64,000 nt of DNA, from positions 1-64,000 of the forward strand of contig JAOZFN010000014.1 of the NCBI GenBank assembly GCA_027492205.1, in the 5' to 3' direction. The position numbers were made by a program, and so were the translations under genes. This document shows, piece by piece, positions 18,858 to 29,129 of the stretch (position 1 is its first letter; the number at the start of each line of letters is the position of its first letter). The notes beneath the pieces are model-generated. The model was not told where the DNA came from. It worked only from the letters and a program-made list of their open reading frames with translations, and did no database searches. The stretch comes from Thermoproteota archaeon. GTDB taxonomy: Archaea; Korarchaeota; Korarchaeia; Korarchaeales; Korarchaeaceae.

Positions 18858-19319
18858 TCACACGAAGAGTACGATAGCATCTTCGGCGGCCTGCTGGAGG
18901 AAGAATGTGGCGCCGACTATGTCGTCTACCTCCTCGATCAGGTCCTCCCTCTTAAGCCCCATGAGTTCGACTGTGTTGGAGCACGCGTAGAGCTTAACGC
19001 CCATCTCTTTCAGCTCCTTGAGCATCTCCCTGATCGTCGGCATCCCCAGCTCCTTGATTTTCTTCTTCATCATGCTGGTGGCCATGCCGGTCATGCCGGG
19101 AAGTATTGAGAGGATCGCTGGCATCCCCATGGACGGGTTGCCCACCGGGGTTACCTTCAGGTTGTCTACCCTATCCTTCCTGATTATGTCCAGGCCCCAG
19201 AATGTGAAGAACACAGCAGCCTCCATGCCCAGGGCGGCGGCGGTCTGGGCCAGTATCAGGGGAGGGTAGGCCATGTCTAGGCTACCCTTGGAGGCCACAA
19301 TCATCAGCTTCTTGGCCAT
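18858..19319 (-). CDS. DsrE2/DrsH-like sulfur relay protein
   Basis: SKGSLDMAYPPLILA, FFTFWGL, LYACSNT, VGATFFL. Confidence 0.9.
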   Translation of the reverse strand: MAKKLMIVASKGSLDMAYPPLILAQTAAALGMEAAVFFTFWGLDIIRKDRVDNLKVTPVGNPSMGMPAILSILPGMTGMATSMMKKKIKELGMPTIREMLKELKEMGVKLYACSNTVELMGLKREDLIEEVDDIVGATFFLQQAAEDAIVLFV

Positions 19320-19453
19320 AAGGACCACTCTCCCGCTGGAGGATCGCGGTCTGGAGGAGTGTTAAGGAGAGTAGAACGATCGTCCGGACGTACTGGCGCG
19401 CCGTACTGGGATTATGGGGGAACGTTTTATCGGAGCGCCGATCGCTGGGATAG

Positions 19454-20152
19454 ATGATGGCCAGAGAACCCAGACCAGGAAAAATGGCTGAGAAGGCGAT
19501 CGTGGCGGTCCTAGGGCCGGACTCCGCCTCCCTCCTCAGGGGCATGTGTTCCAACTTGATGTACCTCGTCCAGGCCTCCACCGAGGAGGGTGGCTTGGTG
19601 ATCTACATGTTTGGCCTGAGAGTCGGTGAGAGGCTGGGAAGGGAGATGGCCAGGATGGGCCTCGCAGATCCGGTGGAAGGACTGAGGTCGGTCCTGAGGG
19701 ATCTTGGCCTGGTCGATGACGTTAAGGTGATGCATGAGACCCCCCGGGAGATCTCTCTAAGGGTGGAAGGCTCGCTCGAGGCGAAGAAGATGAAGCTCGT
19801 CTACTCGTCCAGCGCTGGCTGCAACTTCACGAGGGGATTCGCGGCTGGCTTCCTGTCAGAAGTCTTGGGGGAGACGGTGTTTGTCGAGGAGAGGGAGTGC
19901 TACTCCCGCGGGGACCCGGCCTGCGTTTTCGCTGCGAGGACAATAGTCGCCAACCCTTCTGTGAGGCATTCGGTGAGGAGGGCCATAGTGGACTACCTGA
20001 GGGCCAACCCGGGAGCCCACCTCCGGCAGATCGCCCGAGACCTGGGCCTCAGCTTGGGTACCCTCCGCTGGCACATCGGCGTGCTGGAGAGGCACGGCAT
20101 GGTAAGAGAGAGAAGGAAAGGAAATCTCACAGAGTTCTATCTGGCGGAGTGA
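19454..20152 (+). CDS. V4R ligand-binding domain + C-terminal wHTH regulator
   Basis: GCNFTRGFAAG...ERECYSRGDPACVF; NPGAHLRQIARDLGLSLGTLRWHI. Confidence 0.82.
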   Translation: MMAREPRPGKMAEKAIVAVLGPDSASLLRGMCSNLMYLVQASTEEGGLVIYMFGLRVGERLGREMARMGLADPVEGLRSVLRDLGLVDDVKVMHETPREISLRVEGSLEAKKMKLVYSSSAGCNFTRGFAAGFLSEVLGETVFVEERECYSRGDPACVFAARTIVANPSVRHSVRRAIVDYLRANPGAHLRQIARDLGLSLGTLRWHIGVLERHGMVRERRKGNLTEFYLAE

Positions 20153-20309
20153 GGTCAACTGAGTAGTTGAGGGTTGTCGCCCCGCGTAACTCGGAGCGCC
20201 TACCAAGGGAGTCAGGTTCAGTTTATTTGGGATGGGCGGCCCTCCGTTCAGGATCCTGATCGCGATCTGGTGAACCTTAATTTTTCGAAGGCTTTAAGCC
20301 CGCAGGTCG

Positions 20310-20774
20310 GTGACCCCCTTGGCCGATGTGTGCATGGAGTACTGCTCCTCACTCCTCCTGGAGATAGTGGCCGCCATTGACTCCATCGGGGGAGAGAGTC
20401 TTGTTAGGGGGATCATGGGATACGGAATCGGCCGAAGGGCGGCGGACAACCTCATGACAATCCTCCGGGTGGACCCGTCCGAGCTCAAGGGGCTCCCTCC
20501 GGCGCGGGCGGCAGAGCTTCTGGCCAGGCTCCTCAGGAGAGAGGGAGGTCCGGAGATATCCTTTCAGGTGAACGAGGGGGAGATCGTAGCCGAGGTGTCG
20601 GAGTGCCACTTCATGCCTTGGGCGGCCAGACACCCCCTCTTCTGTAGGATAACGGCGAGTTTCCTGGAGTCCGTGGCGAGAAGCCTGGCGGGGGGCAGGT
20701 GGTCTGCAGAGGAGGTGCAGACCATCGCCCACGGCGGAGACAGGTGTGTGTTCAGGCTGAGGAGTAGGGACTGA
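20310..20774 (+). CDS. Stand-alone V4R-like / methanogen output domain protein
   Basis: ECHF...FCRITASFL...TIAHGGDRCVF. Confidence 0.7.
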   Translation: MTPLADVCMEYCSSLLLEIVAAIDSIGGESLVRGIMGYGIGRRAADNLMTILRVDPSELKGLPPARAAELLARLLRREGGPEISFQVNEGEIVAEVSECHFMPWAARHPLFCRITASFLESVARSLAGGRWSAEEVQTIAHGGDRCVFRLRSRD

Positions 20775-20845
20775 GGACTTCACAGGCAGCGGCGGTCGGG
20801 GGGCGGAGCGCGAGAGGCGCGATTGCTGCGGGAGGACCCCAATCG

Positions 20846-23230
20846 TCAACTCTCTCCTAGCATGCTTTCCAGGGTTGACGCTACCTCCTCCGGCGAGGAC
20901 GCGGTGTAATACTCTCCTTTAGTCAGGTGGGCTATGAGAGCGGAGACGGCGGAGCCCACCGCAAATGGGTCGTATCTCCTAGAAGCCAGTTTGACAAATC
21001 GCTCGGCGTCGAACCAGCCGTCCTCGGATAGGCTGAGCCTGTACAGCAGACCAGCGCCTTGAGGCGTTATCCTGTGGGCCGACGCCACGGGGTCGGGGTT
21101 TATCACGGCGACCTTCAGCCCCTCCCTGGCCATCAGCTGGGCCGCGGCCGCGACGTCCTCGATCGCCTGATGCCTCTGGACGTTGCTGACCGCGTGCTCC
21201 CTCCTCCCCCTCCTCCCGGTGAGGGGGTTGACCGGCAGGGGCACGTTTGGGTAGCCGTCCGTCAGGACTATCACGAGGGGATCAGAGTCCGGGTCCCTCA
21301 GCCTCTCCGCCCGGGCGAGGGCTAGCGCGAGCATCAGGCCGGACGCGAGAGGCGTGAGCCCGGAGACGCTGAGCTTTCCCAGGAGCCTCGCAACCTTCGC
21401 GACGTTTGTCGTCGGCGGGTGCACCACGAAGGCGTCCATGTCCCTGAGGGCCACGACCCCTACCCTGTCCCTCCTGGAGCTGAGCTCCCTGTACAGCCGG
21501 GACAGCGCCCTGGCAAACTCGATCCTGACCAGCGTCATGGAGTCGCTGAGGTCCAGGACTATGATCGCCGTCAGGGGGACGTTTCTCTCGTAGAGCTTCT
21601 CCCTGACATCCTCCGGACGTATCCTCACCCTCAGTACCTCCTCCACCGGCGCCGCGCCCGCTGAGACGGCCGACACTATGCTGGCCGTCACGTGAATCGA
21701 CGCGGGCCTCCCCCTCGGGATCCTCCACCCCCTTACCCTGCCCCTCTTGACCTCGGGGTCCGTCTTCGTCCTCCCACCCCTAGCAGATCTGCCGACTTCC
21801 TCCACCTCCAGTATGGGGAGGGCGATCCTCCCCATCGTGGGTGTCACTTCAACGCTCTCCTCCGGACCGAACCCCGTCACCACAAGACCGAGAAACGGCC
21901 TCAGGAGCGCGCTGACCACGGCTGGCTTAGTGAGCTCGAACCTCGTCCTAGACAGCAGGTAGCGGTAGATCGCCAGCGCCAGGGCCGACCAACCCAGCAG
22001 AATCAGCCTCTGCGCGAGGCTTGCCCCGGGAAAGAGGGAGGCGAAGGCCAGGCTGAGGGCGGCCAGAAGCGCCAGGAAGAAGGGCGCCGACACTGGCACC
22101 GCGGGGAGCCTGATCCCCCTCCTCTCCCTCCTACGCTCCCGCTCCCCCTCTCCCCTGGGCTTGGAGCCCCTCACCTTGCCCGCCCTCACCTCGGCCCTTG
22201 TTGCCTCGGAGAGCGCCTCCTCGATCTCGACCTCAGTCGCGGGCTCCAGAGTTCCACCGGCCCTGGTCCTGTGAGAAAGCGCCAGCCTCGCTGCCAGCCT
22301 GACGTGCTCCCAGTCGACCTCTCGCCTCCCGTCGAGGGCGGCCAGGGCCCGGGAGGTCTCGTAGATCGCAATGTCCGGCCTCACACCGTCCACCCTCAGC
22401 CTGTGGCAGAGCCGGGCTATTCCCCTTATCACCTCCTCCGGAACCCTAACCTCCGGCAGGATCTCCCTCGCCCTCCTGATCCTTTCCCTGCTCCTCTCCT
22501 GCTCCTCCCTGTACCTCTCGTAGAACCCGACGGGATCGGCCCTGAACTCCGCGTTCCTCCTGATGATCTCCGCCCTCTCCTCCGGCGAGTAGCTTCCAGC
22601 CACAGTCACCGAGAGGGCCAGCCTGTCCAGGAGCTGGGGCCTCAGCTCACCCTCCTCAGGGTTCATGGAGCCTATCAGGATGAACTCGGATGGGTGCTCG
22701 ACCGAGACTCCCTCCCTCTCCACCACGTTTATCCCCGAGGCGGCCACGTCGAGCAGGTCGTCCACTAGGAAGTCGGGGAGCAGGTTGATCTCGTCCACGT
22801 AGAGGATGTTCCTGTTGGCCTCAGCCAGCACGCCGGGCCTGAACCTGACCCTCCCCTCCCTTAGCGTGGCCTCCACGTCCAAGCTACCGACCAACCTGTC
22901 CTCCGTGGCGCTCAGGGGGAGGGTGACGATCCTCATCCTCCTCCTTCGGGTTGGGAGGGGGCTCTCCCCCCGCTCCATCCGCTCCCTGCACTCCCAGCAG
23001 AGGTTGGGCGAGCGCGGGTCGCACCCGAACCTGCACCCCTCCACGACCTCGACCTCCGGGAGGAGATCCTCCAGCGCGCGGACGGCCGTGCTCTTCCCGC
23101 TGCCCTTGGGGCCCCTGATGAGGAGCCCCCCGATCTTCGGGTTGACGACGACGGCCAGGAGGGCAAGTTTCAGCTCGTCGAGCCCGACCAGAGCGGCGAA
23201 GGGATACCTGAGCCACCCCCTCCCGGACAA
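20846..23230 (-). CDS. Mg-chelatase ChlI/ChlD-like AAA+ ATPase with internal TM helices and VWA domain
   Basis: YPFAALVG, GPKGSGKST, ATEDRLVG, LYVDEINLL, SMNPEEGELRPQLLDR; MIDAS DLSDSM, TPL, LTDG. Confidence 0.88.
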   Translation of the reverse strand: MSGRGWLRYPFAALVGLDELKLALLAVVVNPKIGGLLIRGPKGSGKSTAVRALEDLLPEVEVVEGCRFGCDPRSPNLCWECRERMERGESPLPTRRRRMRIVTLPLSATEDRLVGSLDVEATLREGRVRFRPGVLAEANRNILYVDEINLLPDFLVDDLLDVAASGINVVEREGVSVEHPSEFILIGSMNPEEGELRPQLLDRLALSVTVAGSYSPEERAEIIRRNAEFRADPVGFYERYREEQERSRERIRRAREILPEVRVPEEVIRGIARLCHRLRVDGVRPDIAIYETSRALAALDGRREVDWEHVRLAARLALSHRTRAGGTLEPATEVEIEEALSEATRAEVRAGKVRGSKPRGEGERERRRERRGIRLPAVPVSAPFFLALLAALSLAFASLFPGASLAQRLILLGWSALALAIYRYLLSRTRFELTKPAVVSALLRPFLGLVVTGFGPEESVEVTPTMGRIALPILEVEEVGRSARGGRTKTDPEVKRGRVRGWRIPRGRPASIHVTASIVSAVSAGAAPVEEVLRVRIRPEDVREKLYERNVPLTAIIVLDLSDSMTLVRIEFARALSRLYRELSSRRDRVGVVALRDMDAFVVHPPTTNVAKVARLLGKLSVSGLTPLASGLMLALALARAERLRDPDSDPLVIVLTDGYPNVPLPVNPLTGRRGRREHAVSNVQRHQAIEDVAAAAQLMAREGLKVAVINPDPVASAHRITPQGAGLLYRLSLSEDGWFDAERFVKLASRRYDPFAVGSAVSALIAHLTKGEYYTASSPEEVASTLESMLGES

Positions 23231-23295
23231 CAGGCCCCCCTCAGACTCAGTGGGCCCACCCAGAATAAAACGCCGACCTCGCGCGCCTGAGGGAG

Positions 23296-24741
23296 TCAGC
23301 TCTCGCGCGGCGGAGCCAAGATCGCGACGATTCTCTGACCGCGAAATATCGGCTTCCCCTCCATGTGTGGGGCCGGAGAGCCCCTGCAGATGACGAATAC
23401 TTCGGCGCCGGCGCCTCCCCCCTGTCCACCTTTCGGTCCCATCGGAGCCGTAGAGAGCAGGTACTCGGCCCAGTAGGGCCCGATCCCCCTGCAGAACACC
23501 CTGACGCCGGACTCAGGGGGGATGACCCGGCTCAGGGCGACCAAGTCCGCCCAGGTGACTGGGTCTATCCTCGGGTGGACGGCGGCGACGGAGGCGGGGA
23601 CCTGTACGGCGAGTGGGAGCAGGAGCGCAGCCGCCAGGATCGGCCTGAGGGCGCCCCTCACCAGAGCCCCAACGGCCGACCCCACGATGACGGAGGTCGG
23701 AACGCAGGACACAAGGAGGAACCTCCAGGCCCACTCCCTGAGCCCGAGCAGGCTTGGCACCAGAGTCCAGGCGCCGACCGCGATGGCCGCGGAGACCGCA
23801 ACAGCCCTCCCCGACGCGCCCCATGGGTCTCCGTCTAGGTCCCTGAACGCGAGCGCGGCGAGCAGGGTCCCCAGGGCAAGGTACGCGATCAGGTACTCAC
23901 CCCCGGGGGTCACGAGCCCGGGCGGGGAGGGCGGCGGCTTTGGGGGGAGCGGCCCTCGGGGCGGCGCTCCGAGCGGGCCCTCCCCGGCGGCGGAGTTGAA
24001 CAGGTCTCTGAGGAAGGCGATCCCCTTTCCGACGTCTGTGAAGAGCCACGGGAGGGACGCGGCCGTGGCACCCGAGGCAACCCACCCCGGGAGAACCGAT
24101 ATGGCCCACCTCCGGCCGACCCCTCCCCCGGGACGCGGAGGCGTGGGGCGGAGGGCGAGCGCCGCGGGGGGCAGGTAGGCGAGCGCGAAGACGGCCGTCA
24201 GGGCGAAGTCGAGGGAGTGCATGAGGAAGGCCAGGTACGAGGCCAGCGAGGACAGGAGAGCCGACCTCCACCAGTCTTCTCCACCCGCGAGCGCCGAGTG
24301 GAGCCAGTACACGGAGAGAACGACGAAGAGAATCCCAGAGGCGTTCTTCATGAGGTCTCCGGCCATCCTGAACATCTGAGGTGAAAGGGACAGGGTCAGG
24401 GCGGAGGCGACGCCGGCGACCCCGCTGCCGGTGAGTCTCTTGACGAGCGCGTAGCTCGGGGCGGCCGAGAGTCCGCACATGGCCGCCACCGTCATGGACA
24501 CGCCGAGCCTAAGGCCACCGACCAGCCTGCAGGCCGCCGCGGCGAGGTAAAACAGCAGGGGAGGGTCTCCGTAGACCATCCCCGCCCCCGAGAGGATTGA
24601 CCTCACCTGGATCAGGTAGTATGGTCCGTCCACCCCGGGCATGAAGTCCCACGAGAGGAGGGCGGCCAGGTGAGCGACTGCCGATGCCAGGGAGAGCGCC
24701 GCCGCGAGGAGTAGGTCCCCTCGGTCGAGTTGGCGGGCCAC
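23296..24741 (-). CDS. Polytopic membrane protein, GT-C-like glycosyltransferase
   Basis: N-terminal TM, then PGVDGPYY...DPPLLFYL, and more than 10 hydrophobic segments. Confidence 0.6.
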   Translation of the reverse strand: MARQLDRGDLLLAAALSLASAVAHLAALLSWDFMPGVDGPYYLIQVRSILSGAGMVYGDPPLLFYLAAAACRLVGGLRLGVSMTVAAMCGLSAAPSYALVKRLTGSGVAGVASALTLSLSPQMFRMAGDLMKNASGILFVVLSVYWLHSALAGGEDWWRSALLSSLASYLAFLMHSLDFALTAVFALAYLPPAALALRPTPPRPGGGVGRRWAISVLPGWVASGATAASLPWLFTDVGKGIAFLRDLFNSAAGEGPLGAPPRGPLPPKPPPSPPGLVTPGGEYLIAYLALGTLLAALAFRDLDGDPWGASGRAVAVSAAIAVGAWTLVPSLLGLREWAWRFLLVSCVPTSVIVGSAVGALVRGALRPILAAALLLPLAVQVPASVAAVHPRIDPVTWADLVALSRVIPPESGVRVFCRGIGPYWAEYLLSTAPMGPKGGQGGGAGAEVFVICRGSPAPHMEGKPIFRGQRIVAILAPPRES

Positions 24742-24819
24742 GGGTTCACCAGATATGAGTGAGCTAATAACGGAGAAGGACGATGGGTCTATGAAACGGC
24801 CGAGAGGTTCGACCTCACT

Positions 24820-26703
24820 CTACAGGGGGAGCCTCCTCGATCTCCTCCGGCGACGCCTCTCCTCCTCCAGCAGTCCGGGTATATACTCGGCGAGCGCCTT
24901 CCTCCTCCTCTTGGCCAGCGCCTCCTCTATCGTGCCCCCCGTGACGATCTCGTAGACCCTCGCCACCTTCCCGGGCCTGCCCCTCAGCACCCTCCCGACC
25001 CTCTGTGCCATCTGCCTCGGAGAGCCGCTGCCGCTGGCTATGATGGCCACGTCGGCGTCCGGCACGTCGATCCCCTCGTCTAGCACTCGGGTCGTCACTA
25101 TCACGTCCAGGTCGCACCTCCTGAAGGCGTCGAAGATCTCGGCCCTCTCCCTGGTCTTCCCGACCATCAGGGCCGACCTGATGCCCCGCCTCTCCAGCTC
25201 CCTTTGGATGGCCTCGGCCTGGTCCACGTACTCGCAGAACACCAGTATCTTGCGCCCCCTCTCCGACTCCACGATGGACGCCACCACGGGGACCTTGGCC
25301 CTCGCCCTCAGGGCGTGCCTCTTCATCACGGCCAGCCTCGCGTTCTCGTCCCTAACCCTGGCCAGCTGGGCCATCATCGCCCTGCGCTCGTCGGGATCCA
25401 TCCTGACCCTGACCACCCTGTGCTCCACCCTCGCGAGCACGCCCATCTCGACGAGTTCCCTGTACCCCACCTTGTACACCACGTCGCCGGAGGAGAGGAA
25501 GATCAGGTGCTCGTTCCCGTCGCTCCTCTCGGGGGTGGCGGACAGACCCAGGCGGTACTTGGCCTTGCTGGCGAAGGCGACCCTCCTGAACGTCGAGGCC
25601 GGGACGTGGTGAACCTCATCGAAGATCACGAGGCCGAACAGGTCCCGGAGCCTGTCGACGTGCTTCGCGACCGAGTTGTATACCCCCACCACCACGTCGG
25701 CCGAGAGGTCCTTCTCCCTCCCGCTGAACTCCCCGGCCCTCACCCCCAGCTTGGACTCTATGAGCTCGCGCCACTGAGTGGCGAGCTCAACCGTGACGAC
25801 GCACACGAGCGTCCTCAGCCGGGTGCGGGCGATGGCCTCCATCCCGACGTAGGTCTTCCCTCCCCCCGTGGGGATCACGACGGTGCCGAACCTCTCAGCC
25901 TCCTCCCACCTGCTCACGGCCTCCTCCTGAAACTGGTAGAGCTGGTAGTCCCTCCTCGGGACGTCGATGGGCTCAGAAGGCCAAGCGACGTTCTCGATGA
26001 GCTCGAGCCCCTCCCGCGAGGCGAACCTCTTCAGGTGGTGGTACATGAAGGGCGGGACGAGGTACCTGGCCCTCCCGACCCTCTTGGCGAGCCTCGCCCT
26101 CCTCGCCTGCAGGCCGGACCTCGTCTGGACGTTCACCTCGATGGTGAACATGTCGTCCAGCCTGGCCAGCTGGTCCTGGGTCAGGCCCTTCGCCTCCACG
26201 AGCAGGCCCTCCGCGTGATCCGAGAGGGCTATCCTCCCGGGGCCGGTCGCCGTAGAGGCGGCCAGTCTGACGAGGTCCTCCCTCCAGTAGCCCCTGACGC
26301 CGGAGCGCAGGAGCTCGAGCACGCCCTCGACGCCAGATCCCCCCATCACCTCGGCGAGCCTCGAGCCCTCGAGGACCAGGTAGTCCCCTCTGCGCTCGAA
26401 CGGCTCCGGGGGCCGGTCCCTTCCCGGAGAGAAGATGGCCACGGTCCCCTCTCTGGCCATCTTCTCAAGTTCGACATCCACCGACCTCCGCACTTCGGCC
26501 ACGGCCTCTTCCACCGCTTCTTCCGGGACCCGAATCCTGCGCAGCACCCCCCACCCCCTCGCCAGCGCGAGCCCCGGGTCGAGGACCCACTCTCTCTTGT
26601 CCGGGTCAAACCTGCATATCTCCCTGATCTGCCCCAGAATCTCGTTGAACTCTCTGTCGTCCAGGCTCCTCGCGAATACCCGGCCTTTGATCCTGATCTT
26701 CAA
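24820..26703 (-). CDS. XPB/Rad25-like SF2 helicase with N-terminal extension
   Basis: LYQFQ, PTGGGKT, DEVHH, LSAT, LDEGID, QRVGRVLR. Confidence 0.9.
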   Translation of the reverse strand: MKIRIKGRVFARSLDDREFNEILGQIREICRFDPDKREWVLDPGLALARGWGVLRRIRVPEEAVEEAVAEVRRSVDVELEKMAREGTVAIFSPGRDRPPEPFERRGDYLVLEGSRLAEVMGGSGVEGVLELLRSGVRGYWREDLVRLAASTATGPGRIALSDHAEGLLVEAKGLTQDQLARLDDMFTIEVNVQTRSGLQARRARLAKRVGRARYLVPPFMYHHLKRFASREGLELIENVAWPSEPIDVPRRDYQLYQFQEEAVSRWEEAERFGTVVIPTGGGKTYVGMEAIARTRLRTLVCVVTVELATQWRELIESKLGVRAGEFSGREKDLSADVVVGVYNSVAKHVDRLRDLFGLVIFDEVHHVPASTFRRVAFASKAKYRLGLSATPERSDGNEHLIFLSSGDVVYKVGYRELVEMGVLARVEHRVVRVRMDPDERRAMMAQLARVRDENARLAVMKRHALRARAKVPVVASIVESERGRKILVFCEYVDQAEAIQRELERRGIRSALMVGKTRERAEIFDAFRRCDLDVIVTTRVLDEGIDVPDADVAIIASGSGSPRQMAQRVGRVLRGRPGKVARVYEIVTGGTIEEALAKRRRKALAEYIPGLLEEERRRRRRSRRLPL

Positions 26704-26889
26704 CGAGGCGGCCGCTCGGAGGTGTCGAATAAATCTCGCGCGAGGGAGCCGCGCGGTCGGCTTCCCGAACCGTGCGCGGTTCGCCCTGCCCTTCTACCCC
26801 GACCCCAGGTTGCGGCAACGAATTGTGCGCGCCGGCGAAGTGGCAGCAACGTTAATGGCTGTGCCTCTCTCAATGATGCGGCGGTTTTC

Positions 26890-27546
26890 ATGGAGGTGCC
26901 TGAGTTCAAGACGAGGGAGGAGGCCAAGGCGGCACTCGACAGGCTGGATGAGGAGCTGATTGATGGGAAGATCACCGAGGAGGAGTATCGCGCCAAGAAG
27001 GCGGCCATAGAGAGGCAGATAGAGCTCATGGACCTTGAAGACATGCTCATTGAGGGGAAGATCACCGAGGAGGAGTACAGGAAGGCCAAGGCCTCCCTGC
27101 TGGGGAAGGTCCAGTCCTCTCCCCCCGGGCCTGAGGAAGCCTCCGAGGTGGCCCAGAAGATCTCACAGATAGCGTCCAAGCTTGCCGATGTGAGGGAGAA
27201 GAGGGAGAAGCTGAGGGACCTCTTGATATCCAGGGAGATCAGCGAGCCCACCTTTCAGAAGCTTGACTCAGAGTATGAGGAGAAGCAGAACTCTCTCGAG
27301 CTCAAGATCAAGGAGCTCGAGGAGGAGGCTAGGAATAGGCTGAAGGAGATCGAGCAGAAGCTCGAGGAGATCAAGTTGATGAGGGAGGAGATAAAGGCGA
27401 GACACCTGCTGGGGGAGATGTCCGACGGAGAATTTCGACGCAGGGATGAAGAGCTAGCCAAACAGGCAGAGAGGCTCTCTAAGGAGAGGGACTCGATCTC
27501 TTCGGCCCTGAAGCTGGCCGGGTTGGAGGGGAGAGAATCTCACTAA
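26890..27546 (+). CDS. SHOCT-repeat / CdvA-like coiled-coil protein
   Basis: Only the 3' part of the 780-aa ORF looks coding. Repeats GKITEEEY x2, REISEPTF, GEMSDGEF within coiled coils. Confidence 0.75.
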   Translation: MEVPEFKTREEAKAALDRLDEELIDGKITEEEYRAKKAAIERQIELMDLEDMLIEGKITEEEYRKAKASLLGKVQSSPPGPEEASEVAQKISQIASKLADVREKREKLRDLLISREISEPTFQKLDSEYEEKQNSLELKIKELEEEARNRLKEIEQKLEEIKLMREEIKARHLLGEMSDGEFRRRDEELAKQAERLSKERDSISSALKLAGLEGRESH

Positions 27547-27740
27547 ACTTGGGTCTCTACAAGGCCCAGATGACCACCCACCCACCGGAGACCGGATTCA
27601 ATCAAGAAGAGATGCTGAGTTGCTCAAAACTGTTCGAGAGGTCATCTAAGTCGGCCCTGTACAGTGACGCCTGGGGAGTTCGGGAGGGGAAGCCCCTTCC
27701 GCCGAATCGCTCGACGCTCGGATTTGAGGTGAGGCCCTGG

Positions 27741-27902
27741 ATGTGGTTCCCGATTCTGGGAGTTCCCCTGCTAGCCGTCGTCCTCCTCGCGCTGTTGAAG
27801 GGCGCCCCCGCCGAAGAGGCGAGAATGAATCAGGAGGCGCGGCGTCTGCTGAAGAGATTAGATGTACTCGCCAGGGCGGCACCGCGGGAGGGGGAACGCT
27901 GA
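27741..27902 (+). CDS. Small single-TM protein (53 aa)
   Basis: ATG after GAGGTGA; MWFPILGVPLLAVVLLALLKG followed by a charged tail. Confidence 0.45.
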   Translation: MWFPILGVPLLAVVLLALLKGAPAEEARMNQEARRLLKRLDVLARAAPREGER

Positions 27903-27926
27903 GAGGTCCGGGAGGAGTGAGACAAA

Positions 27927-29129
27927 TCACCACCTCCTCCCGTCTCCGGTGAAGGGCCTGAAAGCTATCTTGTCTTTCTCCCGGAGTATCCACCTGAGGA
28001 GCTTCTCGGCCCTGTCTGGGGGGAGGTTCAGGAACAGGGCGGCCAGGTGCTTGCAGAACATCTTCCTCTGAGACTGCCTCGTCCAGTCCGCGCAGTCGTG
28101 CAGGATAACGCCCTGCCTGACGTCTATCGTCACGTCGTAGTCCTTCACCCTGGCCATAAGGATGTCCGTCTTGTCCGTAACGACCACCACCTGGCTTGAG
28201 GGTATCTTTTTGGCCCTCTCCAGCCTCCTCTCGTCCGTCAAAATCCTGAGCATCTCGAGCACGCCCTCCCTGGGTTTGGGGGCCGCCCCCTTCTCCAACC
28301 CCTCCACGTACTCCTCCAGCGAGGATCCGGCCGCCCCGAGGGACTCCCTCCAGGACCTGATCCTCCTGAGGGCCTCCTCGTGCTGGGGGCCCGCCGCCCC
28401 CAGCATCCTCAGCATCTCCATGGCGTTCTCGGGCGCGTAGGCGTGATAGTGGTTGTTGAAGTAGCCGTAGACCCTCCTCACCGAGGATCCGGCCTCTTCC
28501 ACGGCCCTGGCCCAGGGCCTCAGCTCATCCTCGGAGTAGAGGTAGTTGTACGGGACTCTCCTCCCCCTCCCGTGCCACCTGAAGTAGGCCACGTCGGACG
28601 TGACCACGGCCCTCGGAGGGGCCCCGCCCCAGTCCGAGACGACGTAGGCGGCGCCGGCGGACTCCAGCATCTTGAGCACCCTCGGGTCGTCCCAGCTCGG
28701 GTGCCTGAACTCTATGGCGAGGGTGGCCCACTCCGGGGAGAGGGAGAGGAGGTGCTCAAGCCTGTCCGGCTTGGCCCTGAAGCTGGGCGGCAGCTGAACG
28801 AGGATCGGGCCGAGCTTTCCCGCCGAGCGGAGGGGCTCCAGAGAGTCGAAGAAGAGCTCTAGGTCGACCTTGATCCCCCTGTCGAGCCTGAGCCTCTTCC
28901 TGTGGGTCACTTCCCTGAGCATCTTGACCGAGAAGTCGAACCCCGCAGGGGTGACCCTCGCCATGCCCTCGACGGTCTCCCTGTCGAGGAGCTGGTAGAA
29001 GGTGGAGTTGACCTCCGTGGTGTTGAACAGCTTCGAGTAGAGCGTGAGCCTGGCCCCTCCCGACTTGGGGTAGAAGGGGCCCACCCAGTCGGCGTAGTCC
29101 CACCCGGAGGTCCCTATCCTGATGTCCAA
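27927..29129 (-). CDS. DUF72 (YecE-like TIM barrel) fused to a C-terminal SWIM-like Zn finger
   Basis: IGTSGW, EVNSTFY, QLPPSF, EFRHPSW, YFRWHGR, YFNNH; tail HDCADW...FCKHLAALF. Confidence 0.88.
   Translation of the reverse strand: MDIRIGTSGWDYADWVGPFYPKSGGARLTLYSKLFNTTEVNSTFYQLLDRETVEGMARVTPAGFDFSVKMLREVTHRKRLRLDRGIKVDLELFFDSLEPLRSAGKLGPILVQLPPSFRAKPDRLEHLLSLSPEWATLAIEFRHPSWDDPRVLKMLESAGAAYVVSDWGGAPPRAVVTSDVAYFRWHGRGRRVPYNYLYSEDELRPWARAVEEAGSSVRRVYGYFNNHYHAYAPENAMEMLRMLGAAGPQHEEALRRIRSWRESLGAAGSSLEEYVEGLEKGAAPKPREGVLEMLRILTDERRLERAKKIPSSQVVVVTDKTDILMARVKDYDVTIDVRQGVILHDCADWTRQSQRKMFCKHLAALFLNLPPDRAEKLLRWILREKDKIAFRPFTGDGRRW

Noticed and set aside
25204-26889. 5' part of the 780-aa + strand ORF, and other long shadow ORFs (e.g. 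50758-52899, 17119-18282, 48807-49250)
   Set aside because: Antisense or alternate-frame shadows of real genes in high-GC DNA, with no protein motifs.
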